Part shown: piece after piece, positions 25,606 to 41,852 of the stretch
Position numbering within the stretch: the first letter of the stretch is position 1
Layout: each line of letters opens with the position of its first letter
Assembly (NCBI RefSeq): GCF_009914755.1
Contig: NC_060927.1
Reading direction: 5' to 3' (one strand)
DNA length: 64,000 nt
Source: the human T2T-CHM13v2.0 reference genome, Homo sapiens
Program-made: the position numbers and the translations under genes
Notes under the pieces: model-generated
Database searches by the model: none
What the model saw: only the letters and a program-made list of their open reading frames with translations
What the model was told of the DNA's origin: nothing

Positions 25606-27000
25606 GGTGAACAGCAGGGGGTGTGGGTAGGACCCATGGGAGACAGACTTGTTTCTTCTTTGTGGTCGACTGCAGCTTGTTGGAGGTGTGGATAAAGCAC
25701 TGGGGTCTTTGCTCCTTTGTTAGTTCAAGGGTAGCAGGGGTAGTACCACTGTAGAGGCAGTGGCAGAGGGGCTTTTGGTTGACCCTGGGGGCTCCATCTC
25801 CAGGTGGAGCTGCTATTACTGGGAATGTTCAGCCTGGGGGATGGAGCAGCTGTACTGCTGGTGTGAGGTTAGGGCTCTGCTTGTTGGGGATCAGGGGGTT
25901 TAGGGCTCACTGGGAGAAGAGACTGGTCTCCTCTCCATATGGGAACTGTGGCATGCTGTAAGTTCAGGTGCAGCCTTCAGGCGCTTTGTTTCTTTCCAAG
26001 CCTGAGGACAGCATGGATAGAACTGCTGCTGTGACAGGGGCAGAGAGGCTGCCGTTTGCCTCTGGGAGCCTCTCCCTAGGGAAAGTCTGGGCCACTGCCA
26101 GTAGGTAAGCTCAGCTGTGGGTGGGGCAACTGATCTGCAGTTATGAGCTGGGTGCTGTGCCTGGTGGAGTGGGTGGTGGGGGTTCCCAGGGGAGGGGGCT
26201 GGATTCCTCTCTGTATGGTGGCTGTGGTGTGCTGAAGGTGCCACTGTAGTGATTAGACTCTTAGTTCCTTCTGCAGCCCAAGGGCTGTTATGGTGGTACC
26301 ACTACAATTGCAGTGGTTGTGAATTGACTCTGGTATTTCCTCCTTGGAGAAATGCTGGGCTACTTCTTATTGAAGTGGTCAGGTGGGGGGCAGGGTAGTT
26401 GTACAGGAGTCCCAGGCCAGGCGGCCCTGCTTGGTAAGGAGAAGTGAGGACTGAAAACTGCAGGAAGAAAAATGCAGCCACTCTTCTGTGAGGCAGGTGC
26501 TCTGTGCTGGGGGTTCAGACCAACCCCTGGTCCCTGTGGACTCTCCAGGGTGAGGGCTGCGAGATTGGTTTTCTTATTAGATGATCTGTTTAATGCTGAA
26601 AGTGGGGTGTTGAAGTCCTTCACTATTATTATATTTGAGTCTACCTCTCTGTTTTGATCTAGTAGTATTTGCTTTATGAATCTGGCTGCTCCAGTGTTGG
26701 CTGCATATATATTTAAAATTGTTATATCCTCTTTCTGGATTGATTCCTTTATCGTTGTATAATAAGCATTTTTGTCTTTTTTCTAAAGCTAGTTTTGACT
26801 TAAAGTCTGTTTTGTCTGACAGAAGTATAGCTACTCCTACTCATTTTGGTTTCTGTTCATGGAATACCTTTTTCCATCTCTTTTCTTTTAGTTAATATGT
26901 GTTTTACAGGTAAAGTGCATTTGTTCAGGGAAGCACATAGTCAGATCATAGTTAAAATTCATTCAGTCAGTCTATATCTTTCAGGTGGAGAATTTAGAAG
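25606..27000 (-). mobile_element. Old L1 5'UTR-like block (to ~26555) followed by an L1 endonuclease fragment
   Basis: G-rich block with recurring gggag..agact..tctc units; ORF 26360-26623 starts with the EN motif DFNTPLSALNRSS. Confidence 0.6.
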
Positions 27001-27023
27001 AAATATATATTTTTTAAAATTAG

Positions 27024-27257
<234 letters not shown>

Positions 27258-28261
27258 TAATAGTTTCAAATATATTTGTTAAATTTGCTCTATTTGAATC
27301 AGGATCTAAAGAAGTTTCAAAGTTGCATCAGCTAATATATCTTTTTAGTTTTTAAAAATATATATGAATTCCTTTCTCCTGCTTTTTAGCTCTGTGTATT
27401 TGCTGAATAATCCAGGATATTCATCCTGTTGAATATTCCATACCTTGTGATTATCTTATTAAACCCTACGGTGTTCTTGCATGTTTCTCTCTTCGACATA
27501 TTTCCTGTATATTGTCATAAAATAGAGAATATTTACCAATTAGGCTCATTTCTAGTTGGTTCTATGTGCTCCATATTATACTTTATGTGTATTCACTTCA
27601 TGTGACATATAAAAATTGATCAGTAGGTTCAGGTATTTTCAGCTGATTCATTCCATATATGTTTTCTTCTGAAACAGTTATTCGTCATTTTAGCTTCTAT
27701 TGGTTGTTATCTTAGGCCCATTAATTCATTGGGTTCCAAATGAATTTGTCTGTATGTTAGTGTCCCATGAAACAATTCTTTTCTCCGATGTTTTATAACT
27801 TAATTAAAAAGCCAGATCTTGATTTTTAGCAGTTGTAATTTTTTTCTGTTAATTTAATTACATTTTTATATTACATAAAACAGCTACATGATTTCAAAGT
27901 CAAAAATATAAAATAAGATGTATTCAGAATAACTTTTATCCCTGTGCCTTGCCCTGTTTCCTCCTCCTGCCATAAGAAAATTATATATGTATTATGTTTT
28001 TGCCATTTTAAGTATGCTTATTTAAACATTTATAAAATATATACTTATATATGCATGTAAATCCAATGTATTTATCCCTGTTTTAACATAAAAATAGCAT
28101 TCTGGTGTCACTTTTTTGTTTCTTTTCAGTTAAGGTATACCTTGTAGATTACTTTAGAGTAGTATTTGGAGATATTTCTCTCTCATTTTATAGTTGCTTC
28201 ATACTCTATTGCGTACAAGTTTTGCAAGTAGTACTCACTAATTGTCATTTGGTTATTTTCC

Positions 28262-28565
28262 TTTTTTTTTTTTTTTTTTTTTTGAGATGGAGTCTTGCTC
28301 TGTCATCCTGGCTGGAGTGCAGAGGCACGTTCTGGGCTCACTGAAACCTCTGCCTCCCAGGTTCAAGCGATCCTCCCACCTCAGCCTCTCAAGTAGCTGG
28401 AATTACAAGTGTGCACCACCACGCCCAGCTAATTTTTGTATTTTTGGTAGAGATGGGGTTTCGCCATGTTAGCCACGCTGGTCTTGAATTCCTGGCCTCA
28501 AGTGATCTGCCCGCCTCAGCCTCCCAAAATGCTGGGATCACAGGCATGAGCCACCACGCCCGGCC
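28262..28565 (-). mobile_element. Alu (S/J class)
   Basis: Full dimer with a long T tail; flanks tattttcc / tactttcc. Confidence 0.95.
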
Positions 28566-28680
28566 TACTTTCCGTTTACTATGAAAAACAATGCTTCAAT
28601 GAATAGACTTGTGTGCATCAATTATTTTGTATTTTTGCCAATATATCTTTAGGATAGAAGTAGGATTGCTAGACCAAAAG

Positions 28681-31613
<2,933 letters not shown>

Positions 31614-31779
31614 AAGAGTGCCTCTCTCTACAGCTTCATCAACAGGTTGGATTATCAAATATTGAGGTCAGATATTTGATATTTTATAGGTTAGAACTGA
31701 TATTTAAGTATCATTTTACTTTGCATGCATCTTAATCTGAGAGACTTGAACATTTTTTTCATATATTTAAAGATAGTTT

Positions 31780-32450
31780 AACATGTGCTGGTGAGGCTAC
31801 AGAGAATGGGGAACACTTCTACACTGCTGGTGGGAATGCAACTTAGTCCAGCCACTGTGGAGAACAGTCTGGGGATTTCTCAAAGAACTAAGAGTTAAAC
31901 TACCACTCGATCCAGCAATTCCATCACCGCATATATGCCCAAAGGAAAATACATTGTTTTACCAAAAAGACACATGAACTTGTATGGGTTGTCCCAGTGC
32001 TATTCACAATAGCAAAGACATGGAATCCACCTGGGTGCCCAACAACTTTGGACTAGATAAAGTAAATGTGGTACAAATCCACCACAAAATATATGCAGCT
32101 AATAAGAAGAAAGTCACATCCTTTGCAGCAGCATGAATGCAGTTGGAGGCCATTATCCTAAGTGAATTAACACTGAAACAGAAAACCAAATACCACATGT
32201 TCTCACCTACAAGGGGGAGCTAAACATCGAGTACACATGGACATAAAGATGAGAAAAACAGACACCACAGAGTAGCAGAGGGAGGATGGAGGAAGAGGGG
32301 AAAGAGTTGAAAAACTACATATTGGGTATTATTCTTGCTACCTGGGAGGTGGGATCATTTGTACTCCAAACCTTAGTATCATGCAATATACCTTTGTCTC
32401 AAACCTGCACATGTACCCTCTGAACCTATAATGAAATTAGAAAGAAAACC
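31780..32450 (+). mobile_element. L1PA15/16-like 3' end
   Basis: gttgaaaaactac.tattgggta...cctggg...gggatcatttgtactccaaacct 3'UTR signature. Confidence 0.85.
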
Positions 32451-32564
32451 CCAAATATGGTCATTGTAGTCCAGAAGCTAAGATGTGGTATAACTGAATG
32501 GTTTATCAATTAGGAATGGATGTAAAAGTAACAATCTCTGTTCTTGATTTTAAGACCAGGTCTA

Positions 32565-33270
32565 TGTGCCACATTTTATCTAGTCTAACATTGACGGGCA
32601 TTTGGGTTGGTTCCAAGTCTTCCCTATTGTGAATAGTGCTGCAATAAACATACCTGTGCATGTGTCTTTATAGTAGAATGACTTACAATCGTTTGGGTAT
32701 ATACCCAGTAATGGGATTGCTGGGTCAAATGGTATTTCTAGTTTTAGATCCATGAGGAAACACCACACTGTCTTCCACAATGGTTGAACTAATGTACGCT
32801 CCCACCAACAGTGTAAAAGCATTCCTATTTCTCCACATCCTCTCCAGCATCTATTGTTTCCTGACTTTTTAATGATTGCCATTCTAACTGGTGTGAGATG
32901 GCATCTCATTGTGGTTTTGATTTGCATTTCTTGCAGCCATAAAAAAGAATGAGTTCATGTCCTTTGCAGGGACATGGATGAAGCTGGAAACCATCATTCT
33001 CCGCAAACTAACACAAGAACAGAAAACCAAACACCGCATGTTCTCACTCATAAATGGGAGTTGACCAATGAGAACATATGGGCACAGGGAAGGGAATATC
33101 ACACACCAGGGCCTGTCGGGAGGTGGGAGGCAAGGAGAGGGATAACGTTAGGAGAAATACCTAATGTAGATGGTGAGTTGATGGGTGCAGCAAACAACCA
33201 TGGCACGTGTATACCTGTGTAACAAACCTGTACATTCTGCACATGTATCCCAGAACTTAAAGTATTAAAA
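32565..33270 (+). mobile_element. L1PA7-like element, 5'-truncated with a 5' inversion (inverted 32565-~32931, direct ~32932-33270)
   Basis: TSD aagaccagg(t/c)cta at 32552-32564 and 33271-33283; TT/AAGA target site; antisense ORF2 C-terminus joined to a sense 3' end. Confidence 0.93.
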
Positions 33271-33292
33271 AAGACCAGGCCTAATTCAGATA

Positions 33293-33293
<1 letters not shown>

Positions 33294-33323
<30 letters not shown>

Positions 33324-33375
33324 TATATGTGTGTATATATATATACACATATACACACATATATGTATATATATA
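33294..33375. repeat. (TATG)n/(TA)n microsatellite
   Basis: Directly visible. Confidence 0.95.
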
Positions 33376-34584
33376 AAAGAGTAACATATTTTACTACATA
33401 GATTCCAAACTTTTCTGCCTGCCTCCTTCCCAGGGGAGGGATGTCCATAACTTCTGGTCAAATTTCAGGAGAAATTCTGAATATACTGGTTTCTCCCATG
33501 GCGTTGTACACATTAATGCCCTTAGTAGTTAAATGAATTATGAATAAATTAGGGGTAAATTTTACAAATAAATGAAAAATAAAAGTTTTCTGCCTACAAC
33601 TGTAAAAAAAAAAAAAAAGACTGATTCTCCTTATGTATGAACTGTAAGTTTAACTGTTTTGCCCATTTTCCTATTAATATTTTGGGTTTTGTTTTAGAAG
33701 TTCCCTATGTGTTAGAAGTACTAGTCTATTATGTGAGTTACAAGTAGTTTCTTCTCACTTTTAAATTTTCTCATAGTTTTATTACGCATTAAAAATTAAT
33801 TTGATAGTCAATGTTATCCATCTTTACCATATTCATAGATTATAAAAACATTAACTTGTTTTCTTTTAATATTTGCATAGTTTTTTTGAAAAAAGAGTTA
33901 TGTCTTGAATTCACTTAGAGATTGTCCTGGCATTTGGTGTAGCAAATAAATTAAATATATCTTTTCCCATATTGCTATCCAATTATCCCACCATCACATT
34001 AGTAGGCCTTTCCCCCCTGCACTGATTTGAGATACTGTCATTATTATTTACTACTTTTATTATGTGTTTTTAATCTGCTTATAAATTTTCTATTCTACTT
34101 TTCCTAAGATAAACATAATTTTGACCCTCTTATCATCTGACTCTCCTTATCTATTAATTCAAGTCACATTTTGACAAACTAGATTCCTTTTTTCTTAGAA
34201 TATTTAGTGTTCAATTTTATTCTGGCTCAGTGATTCTCCCTGGAAAGAGAAGATATTTGTCAGAATCATTTGTTAAGGTTTTTTTTTTTCAATTTATATT
34301 TTCCTTCTATCTTAAATTTTCATCATGCCTTTCTAGGGTGGTAAGGTGGAAGTATATGAGTACACACTTGCACACAAATATACACACTTCCACTCACAAG
34401 TACAGTATCCCAAATGAGCATCTGTTAAGATTGGGATGTGTCATATTTCACAAGAATGTTGGGAAAAAGTAAAGTTTGAAACTTTTGGCTTTGTTAATAT
34501 ATAGGATTTTAATAGTATCTAATGTTTATTCATGCTTAATATGTCTCGAAGTGGGCTATTTGATTTATATCTATTTTGTCATTT

Positions 34585-34750
34585 TCCTTCATAATAACCG
34601 TGCATAATAGGTATAATCTCCTGTTTATAAATGTAGAAACTAAAGCTCATGAAAGCTACGTAATGTGCCCAAAATCATGATTAATAAGAGTCAGTAGAGT
34701 TGAATCCAGCTCTTTGTTTTTTACTTTAAAGCCTGTGGTTTTAAACATTA
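34585..34750 (-). mobile_element. MIR
   Basis: ataatctcctgtttataaatgtagaaactaaagctca...taatgtgcccaaaatca core. Confidence 0.7.
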
Positions 34751-35456
34751 ACCATGGAAAATGACATAGATGGATCCAAGTAATATACTTTGTGCCAACG
34801 TGATGAGAGCCTGGATCCCTCTAAATTCTTTCTACTGCTTATGAGCAGTTATACCACAGATGTCTAGGACCTAGAAGGCACATTTCACATTGGCAAACTT
34901 ACTCTTCCACTCACTCCTGATAATGCCCTCATGGATTCTGGGTTGTTATAGTGGTGGGAGGTGAAGTATAAACTTATAATGGGAGGCGTTTGTTTTTCAA
35001 CCTCTTAAAAGTTGACATATATCTCCTTACCACTAAGCATATATTTTTTAAATTAAGATGTGACAGTTCTTTTTTTATGTTTTTCACAAAATGGACCAAA
35101 TAAATTTTTTTTTAAATTTATAAGCTAGGCTATATTTTCTCTCCTTTCTTCTACTAAACTTAGGGTCACACAGGAAGGAACAGATGTACACAAATACTAA
35201 TATATTTATGCCTTTCTTTGTTCTAAGAATTAGCAAAAGAATATTTTGAAAGCATAATAACTTTGTATCTGTATTCCAAAATATAACACACAAGTTGTTG
35301 AAAGATAAATTGAGGCAATGTATGTGGAAGTTCCTAGACAATTAATAAATTATATGGGAATGGAGGGCACAATTTTCATGAGCTTTACTAAATAACTTAC
35401 CAACTTCACTATATTTTGTGTCATTATCTGAGATTAATCTCACAGTTATATAAGAT

Positions 35457-36374
35457 CTAAAACTTTACACTAGAATGTGCATCCCATTTTCTCAGCTGTC
35501 TTATTGCCGTCTTCATGTCTTTGTTCCTCAGTGTGTATATAATTGGGTTCAAGAGAGGGGTGATCACAGAATAAAATACAGCAAGGAATTTATCTAATGA
35601 CTTGATGGGGAATGGCCAGGCATAAATAAAGACACATGGTCCAAAGAACAAAAGAACTACTGTAATGTGAGCAGTCAAAGTGGACAGAGCTTTGGACGAC
35701 TTATCTAAAGGGCGATGCTGGATGGTCATTAGGATGATAGTGTATGAGATGATTAGAAGAACAAAAGAACACACAGTGAGCACACCACTGTTAGCAATGA
35801 CCATAATATCTAGCCTGTAGGTATCTGTACAGGCAAGTTTGATTACCCTAGGAAGGTCACAATAAAAACTATCGACCTCATTGGGACCACAGAAGGGTAA
35901 GTGCACGGCAAAGGCCAACTGGCTCACCGAATGGAGAAAGCCAATTCCCCATGCGACAGCCATAATGCCGACACATGCGTTGCCACACATAATTGTAGTG
36001 TAGTGTAGGGGTTTGCATATTGCTATATATCTGTCAAAGCCCATGGCTATGAGGATCACCATCTCACTCCCACCAAAGAAGTGAAGGAGAAATATCTGAA
36101 CAAGGCAGCCCTTGAAAGAGATGACTTTGCGCTGGCTGAAAAAGTCAGTAATCATCTTGGGGGCTGTGACTGAAGACAGAGACAGATCAATGAGTGAGAG
36201 GTTGGCTAGCAGGAAGTACATGGGAGAGTGAAGGTGGGAGTCAGATACCACTGTTATGACAATAAGAAGGTTTCCAAACACGATTCCTCCATAGAATACA
36301 AAAAACAACATAAATAGGAAGGTCTGGAGTCCCTGAGAATCAGAGAGACCCAGAAAAATGAATTCAGTCACCAT
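35457..36374 (-). CDS. OR4F17: Olfactory receptor family 4 subfamily F, intact 305-aa ORF (326 aa if spliced to the upstream MKK exon)
   Basis: OR motifs [33 protein letters not shown] and PLLNPIIYTLRN. It is near-identical to OR4F4/OR4F5/OR4F17; residues SDSQG, AVAWG, HLPFC, QHRP and IRQL match my recollection of OR4F17. The paralog assignment is less certain than the family. Confidence 0.93.
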   Translation of the reverse strand: MVTEFIFLGLSDSQGLQTFLFMLFFVFYGGIVFGNLLIVITVVSDSHLHSPMYFLLANLSLIDLSLSSVTAPKMITDFFSQRKVISFKGCLVQIFLLHFFGGSEMVILIAMGFDRYIAICKPLHYTTIMCGNACVGIMAVAWGIGFLHSVSQLAFAVHLPFCGPNEVDSFYCDLPRVIKLACTDTYRLDIMVIANSGVLTVCSFVLLIISYTIILMTIQHRPLDKSSKALSTLTAHITVVLLFFGPCVFIYAWPFPIKSLDKFLAVFYSVITPLLNPIIYTLRNKDMKTAIRQLRKWDAHSSVKF

Positions 36375-36430
36375 AGAGTTATTCGTTTCACTCGTTGATT
36401 CATTCCAGGAAATAGCCTCTGCAGTTACCT
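36375..36430 (-). other. Splice acceptor (AG 36430-36429) and in-frame 18-codon extension VTAEAISWNESTSETNNS
   Basis: The minus strand reads cttccttctccttctcttcttcaAG|gtaactgcagag, open into the ATG at 36374. Confidence 0.85.
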
Positions 36431-37224
36431 TGAAGAAGAGAAGGAGAAGGAAGTCAGAATTATTATATTCAAATTCAAAGCCTCATTTTATATCATTCTG
36501 CTCACTCTTACAGTGACTTTCTATAATCTATTACTTAAAGACATTCAGAATTCAACAAGATCATAATTTTATCTCGCACTACTTCCCTGGCTATGCCTTA
36601 TAATTCAGTTATCTCGGCTTCTCAGTGTCTCCATTAATGTTAGGTTTATTCCTAATATAAAATACCATTATTTATGCTTGTCTCTCTGCCAGATTAAGTC
36701 TATGCCATAACTCTATGTTTATCTCCTTTTTCTTTGAACTACAAAACAGTTTGTAGCACACATGTTATTTGGTGATATTAAAGTTCTTAAGAGAAAAAAA
36801 TAGGCCAAAATGAAATGAAAGATAAAAAATAGAAAAAAAGAAAAAATAATATCACAAATATAATACTTAAAAATTAACAGAGGATAAAAGAATAGGGAAT
36901 TCAAAAGTGAAGTGAGAAAAAGTGAGGAAAATGCAATAAAGTTTAAATGAGAGAAAGTGTGAAGGACTTTCATAGGAGATAAAACTGGTAAGAGATTTTG
37001 GAATGCTTTCTAAAGCATTTCTGTTTTATTATAGAGACAAGAACTACTGAAAAATTTTGAATGATTGTTTAATTTAGCTCTGGACTCAATGTGAATTGGA
37101 AGGGAGGGAGCTTGGAAATGAAGCCAAGTAATTATTTTAAGCCTAACAGTAGGTAATAACTGCAGGTTGTGGTTGTGTGAGCAGGAAAGGGGTGAATGAA
37201 GACCTGTAAGATCCCATCGAGCAA

Positions 37225-37460
37225 CGTATTAAAGTAGTTAAGATATGAGCTTGTGTGCTAGGAGGCCTGTGTTCAAATCCTGGGTTATCTACTATGTATC
37301 TGAATGACCTTAGACAAGTCACCTAAGTGATTTCAGTCTTACGGCCACATCTGGAAAATATAGGTGATAATAGCACAACTTTATAGAAGTTCTGTGAGGA
37401 TTGGATACGACCAGGTATATAAATTTTCTAGCAAATAGTAATGGTCAATATATAATAGCC
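37225..37460 (+). mobile_element. MIR
   Basis: gtgttcaaatcctggg...tgaccttagacaagtcacctaa core. Confidence 0.8.
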
Positions 37461-38832
37461 ATTATTAAGGTACTGATAACAAAATATTTTTTGGCAAGAT
37501 GTGGAAAATAAAAAAAATGTTATTCCAATGTCTTTAAGTAATTGGGAACATTGTGATGGCTTTAACTCTGATAATAATTATAACAAGCACTAGTATAACA
37601 ATACTTTACATAGAGATCCCTTTTAGGAGCAGAAATAAATACAGAAAAAGGTAAAGGATAATGATGACTGTCTAGACACAAGGAGGTATTGTTGGGGCAT
37701 CTTTGTAAGTTGCTATCTGCCAGGTGAGAGACTGAACACTGACTTCTGGGCATGAGTTGAGAGCCATTTCAATTGTGTATGGAGGAGAGAAAATAAGTAC
37801 TGTTTCAAGAAGTTTTGCAGTGAAGAGAAGTAACAAATAAAAGGTGTCCTGAAAGTGAGGCATAGCCATATTAACAATCTTTGGATTAGGTATAAGAGTT
37901 AATGGGCAAGTAAGATGTAAAAGAGAGAAGTGGAAATTGATCACTAACATTCCACGGGAGACATGAAGGTATAGAGTTTACACTTGCCATCTTTTTTGGA
38001 GGAATACTGTTATTTGATTTTTGCTGTTTTTTAAAGAACAGTAATTCATAGTGCTTGGAAATTCCACTTTTCTCTTTACTACTCTGAATCCCATTTCTTA
38101 GTCCTACACACTCAAAGCAGCACATTACTGTTTTTAAAGTCCTATAAAAATTTAGTGATCTTAAATATTTTTAAGAATAAAGAGAAGTCTAATAGTGGAA
38201 TAAATCATGAACATTCACTTCAGTTCTCTTCTGCTTAGCACTGTAATAAATATAATCATACTAATCATTGACAGTACAAATGATAGGATTTTTATTGTGA
38301 GATAATTTCTGTCCTGACTGGTTGGTTGGACTGTTTCTTTTGAATCAAAGTGTGCAATTTAGAATAGACCTTAAATATGCATTGACATAAAATTAATTCA
38401 TTTCATTGATAGGCAAGGACAATCTTGAAGTTATATCTTCACATGAAATATGCCAAGGATGAGGTTGACCCGAGGGTTCTCATCTGTAGCAAAAGACTTT
38501 CTATCATGGCTGTTAGTAAGAATTCAGGAATGCTATTCTTTAGCAAAAGGAATTTCTTGCTAACGTAGTTAAGACATCTCTCTCCTGAATTTGTGCTGCT
38601 GAGGGGATCCTTCACCACCATAATTCTTTCAAAGCTCATTTCTGACTTTTTAAAAATTATTCAAAAAAATTTAGAAGAATTGTATTTATTCTAAGTTGAA
38701 CATTAAGTTTAGGCTTATTAAAGGAGTTCTTCAGAATCTTACACACTCATTGTAGCAACCATGAAGAGCCAGCCACTGTTGACAGGTAAAATCTTTCATG
38801 CCATAGATTATTCTTGGAATTCAACCATTAGA

Positions 38833-39583
38833 ATTATATATAATATATATATTTATATAATATATAAATATATTTATATAATATATATTATACATATTTT
38901 ATATAATAATATATGTTATATATAAATATAATATATATTATATTCTATAATATATATTATAGAATAAAATATATATTATATTCTATAATATATATTTTAT
39001 AATAAAATATATATTATATTCTATAATATATAATATATATTATATAATATAATATATATTATATTCTATAATATATAATATATATTATATAATAAAATAT
39101 ATATTATATTATATAATATAATATATATTTATATAATAAAATATATTATATAATATATATTATATTATATAATATAATATATATTTATATTATATAATAT
39201 ATATTATATTATATAATATAATATATATTTATATTAATATATATTATATTATATAATATAATATATATTATATAATAAAATATATTATATAATATATATT
39301 ATATTATATAATAAAATATATTATAAAATATATATTATATTATATAATAATATAAATATATTATAAAATATATATTATATTATATAATAATATATATATT
39401 ATATTTATATAATTTATATTATATTATATTTATATAATATATATTATATTATATAATATAATATATATTATATTTATATAATTTATATTATATTTATATT
39501 ATATATTATATAATATATATTATATATATATAATATGTAATATATATAAATATATAGTATATATAATATATATATATATAAAT
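38833..39583. repeat. ~750-bp almost pure A/T minisatellite in the OR4F intron
   Basis: Degenerate tatat/aatat/tatta units with only a handful of G/C bases. Confidence 0.97.
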
Positions 39584-40167
39584 GCCTTATGTCCTTATAG
39601 TAAGTCTCACTGAGATGGGAGTAGGCATTTGGGTTCTGGCACAAATTCACAGTGTGATCATGGGAATATCATTTAAAAATCTCTGGGCCTTAGCTTTCCT
39701 GTTTTTAAAATGAGTTTATTCTTTCAAAAGCTCTAAAAATCCTCACAACTCTAGCAGTATGATTTGTACCTTTATGTGAAAGAAATGCTCCAAACCAAGT
39801 TTCACTGGTATTATAAAAAGGAGGGAAGGAGGTGGGTAAGAAAACACCGGACCTGGGGAAAGATGGGGAAAAGGACTATTAAATGGGGAGAAAAGAACAA
39901 ATTAGCCCAGAAGAGTGAGGAGGAGGACTCGACAATTGTTGCCAGCATAATACTTATAACAAGGGTTATTCTTGCTAACATTATTCATATTAATTTCTCT
40001 AAGTATTTAAGTTAACCATACAGAATCCTTTCATTTTTCCAGAAGGTAAACACAAAATGGAATTATGCAGAATAGATTCCTACTAATAGAACCATCTCAT
40101 TGTCAATAAAATGCTACAATTTCATTCATTCTTCTAATATATGTGTTTTGTCTTTGTTTCCACCTAC

Positions 40168-40221
40168 CTTCTTCATAACTGGAAGAGACTACAGCAATTT
40201 TCACAGAATGAGGCATAAAAA
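40168..40221 (-). other. OR4F upstream exon ending in ATG AAG AAG (MKK, 40176-40168)
   Basis: Acceptor ctcttacAG (40223-40222); donor GTaggt (40167-40166); phase 0 fits the acceptor at 36428. Agrees with the three-exon OR4F5 model as I recall it. Confidence 0.8.
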
Positions 40222-40307
40222 CTGTAAGAGAATAATATGTAGTGAATTGTCCTTTTTAGTAAACCACTTGGTTAATTAAAAGCCCTTTATGAATGGACTA
40301 GATGTAC

Positions 40308-40390
40308 CTGAAGAGATCTGGGAATAGCCAGTCTGAGCTTTGTGTACTGAGACTAACTTTTATAGTCTCACAAGTTTTCCCTTGGCCATT
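40308..40390 (-). promoter_or_regulatory. OR4F first non-coding exon (donor cag|GTacat at 40308/40307) and TATA-like element
   Basis: CCCAGATCTCTTCAG|GT; TATAAAA on the minus strand at 40364-40358. Confidence 0.6.
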
Positions 40391-41074
40391 AGAGAAAACA
40401 CACAGAATTTTCCTGAGTGAGAGGACATTGCCACAATTTTTTGGCCTATTTGGATATTTTTGCTATCTCACTGAGTCTAAAGGTGCTGTTTAAAGAATCA
40501 CAGCAAAACAAATATAATAAAGTTACAAAATTAAAATCCAGATAGGTTAACAAGAGAGTAAGTAATAATGCTTCGATTTTATAAAAAGAGGAATGCTTAG
40601 AACTTTTATGACCAACTTGCGGAGAAAATATAGAAAAATTGCTTTAACCAATAAAAAACCTCACTTCTTGTAACTTATTTTATTTTGCATCTTTAATTAC
40701 CATGCAGTAGTTAAAAGTGAGCTGAGTGAGTCACCACAATTTATGTTTCTTAAAATAGTCATAGAAATACATCCAAGTGATGTCTCAGTTGTGTTCCTTG
40801 ACCACCAAACTTACCAGGTTTTACCTGAAAGATGTCAATCGCCTTCTTTGTCCTAAGCACCTTAAGTTAAGCACAGGCACATTAAATGTGCTTTTAAGAT
40901 CTCAATGGGGTCTCTTCTCCAGGAAATAAATCTCTTCCTATACTTTTAGGTTGTAGATGCTTTTTAAGAGTGACTCGAGAAATGCTTTGAAGAAGATTTC
41001 AAGGGCAATAGGATTGTGTTGTTAAAAAAGTGTAACATAGACAAATTTTGCATAATACAGAGTACTAGAGTCTA

Positions 41075-41314
41075 TTTTTTTTATTATACTTTAAGTTCTA
41101 GGGTACATGTGCACAATGTGCAGGTTAGTTACATATGTATACATGTGCCATGTGGGTGTGCTGCACCCATTAACTCGTCATTTAACACTAGTTATATCTC
41201 CTAATGCTATCCCTCCCCCTTCCCCCCACCCCACAACAGGCCCCGGTGTGTGATGTTCCCCTTCCTGTGTCCATGTGTTCTCATTGTTCAATTCCCACCT
41301 ATAAGTGAGAACAT
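41075..41314 (-). mobile_element. Short L1PA3/4-like 3'UTR
   Basis: T tail plus ttatactttaagttctagggtacatgtgcac...cccacctataagtgagaacat. Confidence 0.92.
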
Positions 41315-41852
41315 TGTACAAAACATATTGACAATCAGCCTGAAAATAATACTTAAGGGTTGTAACAAGCTGTTGACCTTACCATTTATCTAACTTAAAG
41401 TACAATTAAAATAAAAATTGTTTCTTCCTTGATTTTGGCATTTACTAATTTATATAAACTCATATTTTATCCATTGGATCCACATAATTTCCATAAGAAA
41501 ATTAATTTCCAGTGATGCTTATTATCAGCATAAAAATACTGATAAATAAACCTAGGTCATATATATGTGTATGTGCTTATATACAGATATAAAATAACTA
41601 CATCAAAATTAAAGATAGTCATTGCTGTTAATTAGATACACACATTAGATAGAAATATATACTTTTTATGATTAACAAAAAATGTTGCAACTTTATCTGA
41701 AATACAATTCTTAGATTTAATGCATCCTTTTTGCAGATTTTTCAGTTTTTTCAGGCAATACTAAAAATGTGCGCGTTCCATAGTGATCATGGTGATCACA
41801 GGAGTCTTGATGGTCCATGGCATTTATCGTGTGCTCTCATCAACCAAATGTG

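Noticed and set aside
40348-40370. 8-bp inverted repeat tgagacta/tagtctca overlapping the TATA-like box
   Set aside because: A stem this short is expected by chance in 64 kb, and there is no other support.
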